A DNA stretch of 32,000 bases from a bacterium (GTDB lineage Bacteria; UBP7; UBA6624), in contig PBAU01000003.1 in NCBI GenBank assembly GCA_002716355.1, positions 90,001-122,000 on the forward strand, written 5' to 3'. The position numbers and the translations under genes are program-made. Of the stretch, positions 9,250 to 16,882 are shown piece after piece. The stretch's first letter is position 1. Each line of letters begins with the position of its first letter. The notes below the pieces were generated by a model that worked only from the letters and a program-made list of their open reading frames with translations, searched no databases and was not told the origin of the DNA.

Positions 9250-10383
9250 TTATTTCTTGAATATTTTTTCAAAATTAAGATCCGGATCAGTAAACTTTCC
9301 TTTTTCTTGTATCACTTCATCATCAAGAAGTATCTTTCCTTCCTCTCTAAGATCAAGAATCATGTCCCAATGAAGTGCACTATTATTTTTTGAGCCACTT
9401 TCAGGATAGCCTTTTCCTAAAGCCATATGGAAAGTTCCACCAATCTTTTCATCAAAAAGTATATTTTTTATATGCCTGTCAATAGAGTAATTGGTTCCAA
9501 TTGCAACCTCTCCTGGAACTTTTGCCCCTTTGTCTAAGTTTATAAGCGAGAGAAGATGCTCTTCCCCAATTTTAGCTGAAGCATCAGCCACTTCGCCATT
9601 TTTAAAAATCAGATTAATATCTTGAACTAAAACACCTTGGTAAACAGTTGGCCATCTGTACCTTACCCTACCCTCTACAGAGCCTTCCACGGGCGCTGTA
9701 AAAACTTCTCCATCTGGAAAGTTTAGCTTTCCAGAACATGGAATCCATTTTCTGCCCTCTATTTCCATTTTTAAATCAGTTTCTTTTGAGAGTACCCTTA
9801 ATCTTTTTCCTTTATTGAGGATTGAGGCAAGTTTATCTTGCTCCACTTCAAACTCTTTCCAAAAAACAGAAGGATCGTCAAGATGGAGATTTCCTGCCTT
9901 GTAGACAAAATTAAAAAAATCCTCATAGCTCATTTCAGCTTCTTTGGCAAACGCTTCAGTTGGCCATAGCGTCCCAACCCAGTGAAAATCACCATCAGCA
10001 GATCTTTTCAAAGTTATATCTCTTATCTCTTCAGTTGATTTGTAGAACATTGATATTTTTTTTGTATCAACTTTGGACAAAAGCCTAGTATCGCTAGTTG
10101 CATTTATGCCTATTCTTGCATCAAGTGTTTTTGCTTCCAGCAATGAGGTTTCATGAACATAGCTCAATTGTTTGTCGTTTGCGTTTCTGATAAAAACAGG
10201 AGTACATGAGTCTAAATGTATATTTGTTTTTGGGTGAGCTCCAGTTTTTAAAATTTCTTTTATTATCTCTTTCACCAATGGTTCTGCCAAAGGAGTTGTG
10301 TTTACTGCCACTCTCCAGCCTTCTTGAACATTTAATGAATAATTTACAAGAACTTTTGCTAGTTTTTTTGCTATATCTTTCAT
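9250..10383 (-). CDS. M29 family aminopeptidase (AmpS/PepS-like)
   Basis: Length and motifs fit thermophilic-metalloprotease M29: FPDGEVFTAP, GEVAIGTN, GGTFHMALG and HWDMI. Confidence 0.8.
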   Translation of the reverse strand: MKDIAKKLAKVLVNYSLNVQEGWRVAVNTTPLAEPLVKEIIKEILKTGAHPKTNIHLDSCTPVFIRNANDKQLSYVHETSLLEAKTLDARIGINATSDTRLLSKVDTKKISMFYKSTEEIRDITLKRSADGDFHWVGTLWPTEAFAKEAEMSYEDFFNFVYKAGNLHLDDPSVFWKEFEVEQDKLASILNKGKRLRVLSKETDLKMEIEGRKWIPCSGKLNFPDGEVFTAPVEGSVEGRVRYRWPTVYQGVLVQDINLIFKNGEVADASAKIGEEHLLSLINLDKGAKVPGEVAIGTNYSIDRHIKNILFDEKIGGTFHMALGKGYPESGSKNNSALHWDMILDLREEGKILLDDEVIQEKGKFTDPDLNFEKIFKK

Positions 10384-10419
10384 AATGGTTTGATTTTATG
10401 ATAATAAAATAGCTTTATC

Positions 10420-10878
10420 TTGGAAAACAAAGCTAAAAAGCTCTCTTTTGCCGGCCTGAAAGTAATTGAAAGGGATGGGTCTTTAAAATTATTTCAACCT
10501 GATGAAAATTATTTTTTTTTCGATTTAGAAAATATAGAAGTTGAAACATGGGAAAAAAGAGGCAAAAGGGGTGCAAGGCTTTCTAATGGATATCAAGTTT
10601 TAGAAGGTTGGATCCTGTTTCCTCCAGGAGGTGTAAATTCAAGTAATGATATACCTGAAGGAATGCCAAAACTTGTATCACTGCGAGATTTAAACTTGAT
10701 GAGTAATAATTTTGAAAAAGAACTTTTGACAGAGCCAAAAAATCAAAGTTTGATAAATGCAATTTATCTTACTTCAAAATCAATTGTTGAAGGAGCCAAG
10801 AAGGCAGGCCTCAATATGACTCCAAAAATAGAGTCAATTTTGAAATTTATGAAAATCTATGTAGTTGATCTTGTTTGA
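10420..10878 (+). CDS. Hypothetical protein
   Basis: 152-codon ORF with a TTG start. No recognisable motif. Confidence 0.45.
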   Translation: MENKAKKLSFAGLKVIERDGSLKLFQPDENYFFFDLENIEVETWEKRGKRGARLSNGYQVLEGWILFPPGGVNSSNDIPEGMPKLVSLRDLNLMSNNFEKELLTEPKNQSLINAIYLTSKSIVEGAKKAGLNMTPKIESILKFMKIYVVDLV

Positions 10879-10935
10879 GTCATCTTAAGTGTAAATTTTA
10901 TTTTTGACCATTATTCAGAATAAAATGAATTGATA

Positions 10936-11619
10936 ATGCGTATAAAGTGCTTGATTATTGACCTTGACGACACTCTTTGTAACACTTTTTCAGATCTAGT
11001 CTTTCTTGCTCATCGGGATGCGTCTAAAGCAATGGTTGAAGCAGGTCTTGACATGCCTGTTGATGAAGTTTTTAAAAAAAGGATAAAAATATTAGAGCAA
11101 ACAATAGCTAATAATTTTTCAAAAACATTTGAAGAAATGCTTATTGAGGGCTTTTGCTGTTCTCAAAAAATTATTAATGCTGGTTTTGATGCATACTATA
11201 GTCGTGACATAGGTAAATTAACTCTTTTTCCACTTGCTCAAGACTTTTTAAATTTATGTTCTTTTTTAAAAATTGCACTTGTTACAAAAGGGAACAAATC
11301 AACTCAACTTCAAAAAATAAATAAATTAAACATTAAAAAACATTTTGATCATGTTGCAATTGTTGAAATATCAAATTCAAAAGAAGCTGAATTTAAAAGC
11401 ATTATGGAGAGATGGAACCTTCAGCCTCAAGAAATATTTGTAATTGGAGACAGGCCTGATGCAGATATTTATATTGGAAATAAATTAAAAATGAATACTG
11501 TTAGGTTTAAGTCTGAACATTATGCGAATATGAAACCAAGGAACAAGCTTGAAGTTAGCGATTACGAAGTAAAAAGTTACAAAGAGCTTATTGGCCTATT
11601 TGACAAAAACTTCATTTGA
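10936..11619 (+). CDS. HAD superfamily hydrolase
   Basis: HAD motif I LIIDLDDTL, motif II ALVTKG, and motif IV VIGDRPDADI. ATG at 10936; the track TTG is at 10930. Confidence 0.8.
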   Translation: MRIKCLIIDLDDTLCNTFSDLVFLAHRDASKAMVEAGLDMPVDEVFKKRIKILEQTIANNFSKTFEEMLIEGFCCSQKIINAGFDAYYSRDIGKLTLFPLAQDFLNLCSFLKIALVTKGNKSTQLQKINKLNIKKHFDHVAIVEISNSKEAEFKSIMERWNLQPQEIFVIGDRPDADIYIGNKLKMNTVRFKSEHYANMKPRNKLEVSDYEVKSYKELIGLFDKNFI

Positions 11620-12666
11620 CCAAACCGATGGTTGCGTCCAGCTAGATATTATTGATCTGTATTCTTCATAGGATATGTAATATGTAACTTTAGGCCTATC
11701 AAAGGCATCTAGAAGAACAGCTTGAACCTTTCCACCTTTCCTTAAGTCCAAATCATCCTCATAGGGAAAATCAAATTTATATGTTCTTAAAACCTTTCTA
11801 TATTTGTCCATAATTTTAAAGGTATGAATATCTCCTTCACAACTTAAAACAGGACACATTCCTTCTGGAGCTCCATAATTCAACATGGCTACTGCTATGT
11901 CTCCATCCTCAGTGCCCAATATGTCAACTTTTGCAAGTATTGGAACAAACTCGCCATCACCAAGTGGTTTCCAGCCATATTGAAAAACCATTTCAATATC
12001 ACCGTCAATATGCCCCCAATTGTTATTGTCGATTTCGGTTAGATTGTTATTTGTTGTTATTTTTTCAACACCATCTAATCCGCATTCAATGGATTTTTCC
12101 GAATCTTCTTTATCAGAGGAGAATATTATTTTATTTCCGTATCGTGTCATACTTCCAGAAGAGCCCTCTATTTCAAAAGTCCCAGAATCATTATCTGACT
12201 GGGGAAAACTGATTGTTCCAACTGGAGAGTATCCGTCATTGCGCATGATTTCTACAAAATTACTATTTTCATTTTTTGATCTGAATAATTGAACAAGTGG
12301 ATTGCTTAAAAGTTCATCTTTTGAATCTTTCGACACTTCAAAAGATAATTTACCAGAGCAAGGTTCCCAGTGTAAAAAATACCTATTATCATCTTCCTCT
12401 TGAGCAGCAGAAAGCAAATCTTCCTCTAAGCCTTCATTGCTTAAAATATCAGTTTCAGTTTCTTCCAGAGCTTCTGTGTCTGCTGTTTGCAAGCTTTCAG
12501 ATTTATCATTCAATGTAGTTTCTTCAATCTCTTCAACAGGGGCTATTGCTTCAACGCCTTTTTCGTTGTTTGTATTGCTTGCATCAATAGGTTCTTTTGA
12601 CCCGGATTTTTCACAAGCAAAAATGCTTAAGAAAAGAACGGTTAGTAACGGTAATTTATTATTCAT
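11596..12666 (-). CDS. Hypothetical lipoprotein with an acidic N-terminal linker
   Basis: SPII-type signal LLTVLFLSIFAC|EKSG followed by an E/D/T-rich low-complexity stretch. Its 3' end overlaps the HAD gene's 3' end convergently by 24 nt. Confidence 0.6.
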   Translation of the reverse strand: MNNKLPLLTVLFLSIFACEKSGSKEPIDASNTNNEKGVEAIAPVEEIEETTLNDKSESLQTADTEALEETETDILSNEGLEEDLLSAAQEEDDNRYFLHWEPCSGKLSFEVSKDSKDELLSNPLVQLFRSKNENSNFVEIMRNDGYSPVGTISFPQSDNDSGTFEIEGSSGSMTRYGNKIIFSSDKEDSEKSIECGLDGVEKITTNNNLTEIDNNNWGHIDGDIEMVFQYGWKPLGDGEFVPILAKVDILGTEDGDIAVAMLNYGAPEGMCPVLSCEGDIHTFKIMDKYRKVLRTYKFDFPYEDDLDLRKGGKVQAVLLDAFDRPKVTYYISYEEYRSIISSWTQPSVWSNEVFVK

Positions 12667-12722
12667 GATTTAGATTGTAATCTTATTTAGAATGTCAATG
12701 TTCAAAAAAACATTTTAATATT

Positions 12723-13490
12723 ATGAAGCTTCTTCAAATTGCTACACATCTAGATAAACTTTTGAAACAAGATAAATTTGATGACGGATGCTTAAATGGG
12801 GTTCAGGTCTTTGGAAAACCAGATGTGAGAAAGATTCTAACTAGTGTTTCTGTGTCCATGGAGCTAATCTCAAAAGCAATTAATGAAAATTTCGACTCGA
12901 TAATAGTTCATCATGGTCTTTTCTGGGGGGAAAGAAGCTACCCTTTAAATCATGTAAATAAGCAAAGGCTTAAGCTTCTTCTAGAGAATAATATTTCTTT
13001 AATTGCATACCATCTCCCTCTTGATGCACATAAAACTTTAGGCAACAACTATCCTGCCTGTAGGGAATATGCAAGTGAGTTCAATGGTACAAAAATCAAG
13101 CCTTTTGGTTCTCTTGGAGATTCTTTCATTGGAGCAAGTTTTGAATTGCATAAAGCCATTAGAGTTGAGGACGCTAAAAAGAAAGCTGAACTTTTTTATG
13201 ATCATGATGTTGTTCATTTAAATTGCAGTAAAAAATTTATAAAAAAAATAGCTATTGTCTCTGGTGCTGGAGCTTCTTTTTTGGAAGAAGCATACAAAGC
13301 CAATATTGACTTGCTGATCACCGGGGAGGCTGAAGAGTGGACAATGCATGAAGCAATTGAGTTTAACGTAAATGTTTTTGCCTGTGGGCATTACGCAACT
13401 GAAAGGATTGGAATAAAGATGCTGAGCAAGTATTTAAATGAAAAATTAAATATTGAATCTGTTTTTGTTGATATACCTAACCCTGTATGA
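12723..13490 (+). CDS. Nif3-like dinuclear metal centre protein (YbgI/GTP cyclohydrolase 1 type 2 homologue family)
   Basis: DSIIVHHGLFW, AYHLPLDAH, and the C-terminal GHYATE metal-ligand motifs. Confidence 0.8.
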   Translation: MKLLQIATHLDKLLKQDKFDDGCLNGVQVFGKPDVRKILTSVSVSMELISKAINENFDSIIVHHGLFWGERSYPLNHVNKQRLKLLLENNISLIAYHLPLDAHKTLGNNYPACREYASEFNGTKIKPFGSLGDSFIGASFELHKAIRVEDAKKKAELFYDHDVVHLNCSKKFIKKIAIVSGAGASFLEEAYKANIDLLITGEAEEWTMHEAIEFNVNVFACGHYATERIGIKMLSKYLNEKLNIESVFVDIPNPV

Positions 13491-13497
13491 TTAAAAG

Positions 13498-13890
13498 ATG
13501 AGTGATTTTCAAGAAAAAAAATATAGCATAAAAGAAGCTGAAGCCTTAATCCCAGGTTTAAAAAAAGATTTTGAAGAAATTGTTGAACTTAAAAAAAAAT
13601 TAGATGATATTGGATTTGATATTGTCTATGGGACTTTTCGAGAAGGTTGTTCCCCTAATGGCACAGGGTCATTGCCTCAGGATTTTTTAGATTTTTGTGG
13701 AATTATTGAAAATAATTTTCATAAAGTTGGAATATTATTAAGATCTCTTGATGAAGGAATTGTTGATTTTCCGGCAAAGAGAGGGAAGGATGATGTTTTT
13801 ATAACTTGGATTTATCCTGAATCCAAGATTAATTATTGGTATTTTCCAGAGGAAGGATACCAAGAAAAGAAATCAATAGTTGATTTTTGA
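13498..13890 (+). CDS. Hypothetical protein, DUF2203-like
   Basis: YSIKEAEALIPGLKKDFEEI...GILLRSLDEGIVDFPA...DVFITWIYPESKINYWYF resembles DUF2203. Recognised from memory only. Confidence 0.5.
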   Translation: MSDFQEKKYSIKEAEALIPGLKKDFEEIVELKKKLDDIGFDIVYGTFREGCSPNGTGSLPQDFLDFCGIIENNFHKVGILLRSLDEGIVDFPAKRGKDDVFITWIYPESKINYWYFPEEGYQEKKSIVDF

Positions 13891-13912
13891 TTCCTTCAAT
13901 TACAATTATGCT

Positions 13913-13974
13913 GTGCGGACAAGGCGCGACCGGCAAGGCCCTCGGCCAGCCGGTTTTGTCCGCACTTTTTTATT
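13913..13974 (+). terminator. Rho-independent terminator: a GC-rich compound hairpin plus T-tract
   Basis: Outer stem GTGCGGACAA (13913-13922) pairs with TTGTCCGCAC (13956-13965). Inner stems are ACCGGC/GCCGGT and GGCC-CTC-GGCC. TTTTTTATT follows at 13966-13974. The opposite strand has no T-tract. Confidence 0.75.
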
Positions 13975-14802
13975 ATGACAGGATATCCATTAAGTTCATA
14001 CAAGGGTGAAAAAGTTGATGTTTCAGTAGGAAATGTATCTTTTTCAAAAGATTCTTTTACTGTTGTTGCTGGCCCTTGTTCTGTTGAAACTGAAGAGCAG
14101 ATATTAAAAACAGCTGAAACTGTTTCAATGCTTGGAGCCTCTATTTTAAGAGGTGGCACCTACAAGTATAGAAAAAGTCCTTATACATTTTCAGGTTTGG
14201 GAGACAAGGGTGTTGAATATTTAAAAAAAGCTTCAATAAAAGCTTCTTTGCCAACTGTCACAGAGGTCATGTCGATTGATAAAGTTTCTTATTTGTCAAA
14301 AAATGTAGACATGTTGCAAATTGGTAGCAGAAACATGCATAATACACCACTTTTAAAAGAAATTGGAAAGACAAAGGTGCCAGTAATTTTAAAACGTGGA
14401 TATATGGCGACTATAGAAGAAACCCTTCTTGCAGCAGAACACATCGCAAAAGAAGGCAATCAGAATATAGTTTTATGTGAAAGAGGTATAAGGTGTTTTG
14501 ATGACTCTTTAAGGTTTACTTTGGATTTAGCTGGAGCCATCTTGCTTAAAGAAAATTCAAAATTCCCTGTAATAATAGATCCATCTCATGCTACAGGAAA
14601 ATCAAACCTTGTTAAGCCATTATGTTTAGCTGCATCTGCCGCTGGCCTTAATGGTGTAATGGTTGAAGTTCATCCTGAACCAAGAAAGGCCTTATCTGAC
14701 TCTGAACAAAGCTTAACATTTGACGAGTTTGCTGATTTGATGGATTCTTTGTCCATTTTTACAAAAAATAAAAATAAAATAACTAGAAGTGTCGGGGACT
14801 AG
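13975..14802 (+). CDS. aroF: 3-deoxy-7-phosphoheptulonate (DAHP) synthase, class I-beta
   Basis: VVAGPCSVETEEQ, LRGGTYKYRKSPYTFSGLG, QIGSRNM, ILKRG, IIDPSHATG. The last 10 nt overlap tRNA-Pro. Confidence 0.9.
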   Translation: MTGYPLSSYKGEKVDVSVGNVSFSKDSFTVVAGPCSVETEEQILKTAETVSMLGASILRGGTYKYRKSPYTFSGLGDKGVEYLKKASIKASLPTVTEVMSIDKVSYLSKNVDMLQIGSRNMHNTPLLKEIGKTKVPVILKRGYMATIEETLLAAEHIAKEGNQNIVLCERGIRCFDDSLRFTLDLAGAILLKENSKFPVIIDPSHATGKSNLVKPLCLAASAAGLNGVMVEVHPEPRKALSDSEQSLTFDEFADLMDSLSIFTKNKNKITRSVGD

Positions 14803-14869
14803 CGCAGCCTGGTAGCGCGACTGTTTTGGGAACAGTAGGTCGTGGGTTCAAATCCCGCGTCCCCGACCA
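14793..14869 (+). tRNA. tRNA-Pro (anticodon UGG), CCA encoded
   Basis: Hand-folded 77-nt cloverleaf: CGGGGAC/GTCCCCG acceptor, GCGC D-stem, ACTGT-TTTGGGA-ACAGT anticodon arm, GTGGG-TTCAAAT-CCCGC T-arm, then ACCA. Confidence 0.9.
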
Positions 14870-14877
14870 TCCTATCT

Positions 14878-15360
14878 TTACTTTTTTTCGGAATGATTCA
14901 TTTTTTGAATCTGCTCTTTTGTAAGCATCCCATGTAGCCATGTTTCAAAATCTGCTTTATGTTTTTTATAAAAATTTATTGCAGGCTCATTCCAGTCTAA
15001 AACTTGCCAAGTCATAGCGTTTAAGTTTAGTTTTTTGCATATAGCAACTGTTTTTTTGAACAGTAAGCTCCCCACCCCTTTGTTTCTGTATTCCTCAGTT
15101 ATGACAAAATCTTCCAAGTGTAAAATTTTTCCTTTCCATGTTGAATATCGTATAAAGTAAAAAGACAATCCAATAATCTTTTTTTCATCTTCAGCAATTA
15201 AAAATTGGTAGTATGGGCGATCGCCAAAACCATCATTCTCCAGGTCCTGCAATGTGATAGTTACTTCGTCAAGTGATTTTTCATAATCTGCTAATTCTTT
15301 TATTAGTTTTAAAACTAATGGTAAGTCTTTCTTTACACCTCGTCTGATTGTTATTTTCAT
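14878..15360 (-). CDS. GNAT family N-acetyltransferase (diamine/spermidine acetyltransferase-like)
   Basis: Acetyl-CoA motif A region EEYRNKGVGSLLFK, plus VLDWNEPAINFYKKHKA, typical of SSAT-like GNATs. Confidence 0.8.
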   Translation of the reverse strand: MKITIRRGVKKDLPLVLKLIKELADYEKSLDEVTITLQDLENDGFGDRPYYQFLIAEDEKKIIGLSFYFIRYSTWKGKILHLEDFVITEEYRNKGVGSLLFKKTVAICKKLNLNAMTWQVLDWNEPAINFYKKHKADFETWLHGMLTKEQIQKMNHSEKK

Positions 15361-15371
15361 AGTGGTTTTTA

Positions 15372-15448
15372 TGGTGGGCCATCGTGGACTTGAACCACGG
15401 ACCTCGCCCTTATCAGGGGCGCGCTCTAGCCAGCTGAGCTAATGGCCC
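15372..15448 (-). tRNA. tRNA-Ile (anticodon GAU), CCA encoded
   Basis: The reverse complement folds as GGGCCAT TA GCTC AGCTGGCTA GAGC G CGCCC CTGATAA GGGCG AGGTC CGTGG TTCAAGT CCACG ATGGCCC A CCA (77 nt). Confidence 0.9.
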
Positions 15449-15465
15449 AATAACAACTTATTTTA

Positions 15466-16467
15466 TTATTTAAAGCAATAAAACGGAGTTTCTTCAGCGG
15501 TTATTTCAAACTTTTGGTGTTTTTCGTTTTCGACAAGCGCATTTCCATTCTCACACCCGTTGACAAACCTGCCATGTACCTTTTGGCCTTTTGAATTTAT
15601 CCAGAATATCTTTCTACCTTTGTCAATAAGCATTTTGTTCCAAGATTCAAAAATATTATCTGAATCGTTTATATCTTTAATTTTTTGCTCTAATGATTCA
15701 AGCCATTTTTTTAGAATATGTGCTCTGGGGTTTTGCCATTTTGAATCTATTAATTTTTCATTCTCCATTGTAGTGGCATTTTTTATACTGGCTGGGATTG
15801 TATTTTTATCACCAAAAACATTCAAGCCAAGACTAAACACTGCATACTTCTCTTCACCTTTAATGCTTAAGCTCACTAAAGTTCCTCCTATTTTTTTACC
15901 ATTACAAACAATATCATTGGGCCAGGATATTTTTGCATTGCTAATTTCTGCTGCGGATAAAGATATTGCTATAGGGAGCATGTTGAGATTTGAGTTCTTC
16001 ATATGGCTGATGTTTAAAATCACACTTGCAAGTATTCCTTTTCCCAGTTTAGAAAACCATTTTCTCCCTGTTCTGCCTCTACCTGAGGATTGATATTCAG
16101 CTAAAATCAAAGCTTGCTCAACAGCTTTTGTTTTAATTAGCCTGTTTGCATATTCATGTGTTGAATTAACAGTTGTGAAATAATGATAATCTTTTATGAA
16201 TCTCCTCGGGCAAAAGTCAAAAAAATCAATTGGTGTTAATCTTGATTTCGATTTGAATGTTTGGATGTATTTGTTTTGTTTTATTGTTGACTTGAACCCT
16301 AGCTTTTCAAAATATTCAAGGCTCTTGTAAAAATTTGATTTTGAAATCTTTCCCTCGTTTAGGACCTTGTCAAGTTCCAAGAGACCATCTTCTGATCCAA
16401 AAATTTGCTGAAAAAGAAGTTTATCCTCTTTTGTAACTTCATAACCGCGCACTTGGTCAAAAATCAC
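15466..16467 (-). CDS. birA: Biotin--[acetyl-CoA-carboxylase] ligase with an N-terminal extension (possible HTH/repressor domain)
   Basis: Biotin-binding motif GRGRTGRKW and WPNDI. GTG start at 16467 overlaps the ribH stop. Confidence 0.85.
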   Translation of the reverse strand: MIFDQVRGYEVTKEDKLLFQQIFGSEDGLLELDKVLNEGKISKSNFYKSLEYFEKLGFKSTIKQNKYIQTFKSKSRLTPIDFFDFCPRRFIKDYHYFTTVNSTHEYANRLIKTKAVEQALILAEYQSSGRGRTGRKWFSKLGKGILASVILNISHMKNSNLNMLPIAISLSAAEISNAKISWPNDIVCNGKKIGGTLVSLSIKGEEKYAVFSLGLNVFGDKNTIPASIKNATTMENEKLIDSKWQNPRAHILKKWLESLEQKIKDINDSDNIFESWNKMLIDKGRKIFWINSKGQKVHGRFVNGCENGNALVENEKHQKFEITAEETPFYCFK

Positions 16468-16882
16468 AATTTTGTTCCAAGAGGTTCAGCAGAGCAAGGG
16501 CTGCTTCAGATCCTTTGTTGCCTTTTTTTCCTCCGGCTCTATCTTTTGCCTGTTCGATATTCTTTGTTGTCAATATCCCCATGCTTATCAGAGCTCCATG
16601 ACGAACTTGAAGACTTGCCAATCCATTAAATATTGAGCTACAGAGGAAATCGTAATGGTCAGTTTCCCCTTTCACTATAGCTCCAATTGTTATTATGGAA
16701 ACATCTTCAGGAAAGCTTGCATCTTCCAAAATTTTTGAAGCAAGGGAAAGTATTTCCCAAGACCCAAAAACTTCAAAATGGCTAAATTTTTTATTTCTTG
16801 AGTCAAGAATGCTTTTTGCACCTTGGAAAAGAGAATCGGTGATATCTTTGTTGAAGCTTGATTGAATGATTATTATTTTCAT
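16457..16882 (-). CDS. ribH: 6,7-dimethyl-8-ribityllumazine synthase
   Basis: Position in the rib cluster, plus motifs FEVFGSWEI, GAIVKGETDHYDF, GILTT and KGSEAA. Confidence 0.85.
   Translation of the reverse strand: MKIIIIQSSFNKDITDSLFQGAKSILDSRNKKFSHFEVFGSWEILSLASKILEDASFPEDVSIITIGAIVKGETDHYDFLCSSIFNGLASLQVRHGALISMGILTTKNIEQAKDRAGGKKGNKGSEAALALLNLLEQNCDF

Noticed and set aside
11931-12673. Four overlapping plus-strand ORFs (73-93 aa) opposite the 356-aa lipoprotein gene.
   Set aside because: The minus-strand ORF is continuous and has a convincing SPII signal. The plus-strand pieces are fragmented across frames and featureless.
13896-14159. An 87-aa minus-strand ORF spanning the GC-rich hairpin and the 5' end of aroF.
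   Set aside because: It overlaps the well-supported aroF CDS in antisense. Its C-terminal half is just the translated terminator hairpin. It has no SD and no recognisable motifs.
14793-15448. The GNAT gene flanked by tRNA-Pro and tRNA-Ile, considered as a possible tRNA-targeted genomic islet.
   Set aside because: There is no integrase, no duplicated tRNA 3'-end direct repeat and no mobility genes. The insert is a single 483-nt housekeeping-type gene with the same compact spacing as its neighbours.
15560-16093. A 177-aa plus-strand ORF antisense to birA. Similar antisense ORFs are 1240-1605(-), 5020-5370(-), 5816-6001(+), 6321-6521(-), 6731-7063(+), 7444-7708(-), 8782-8985(+), 16405-16629(+), 17345-18024(+), 18836-19602(+) and 20655-20858(+).
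   Set aside because: Each is nested inside or antisense to a gene with clear family motifs. The translations are hydrophobic or low-complexity, as expected from AT-rich antisense frames.
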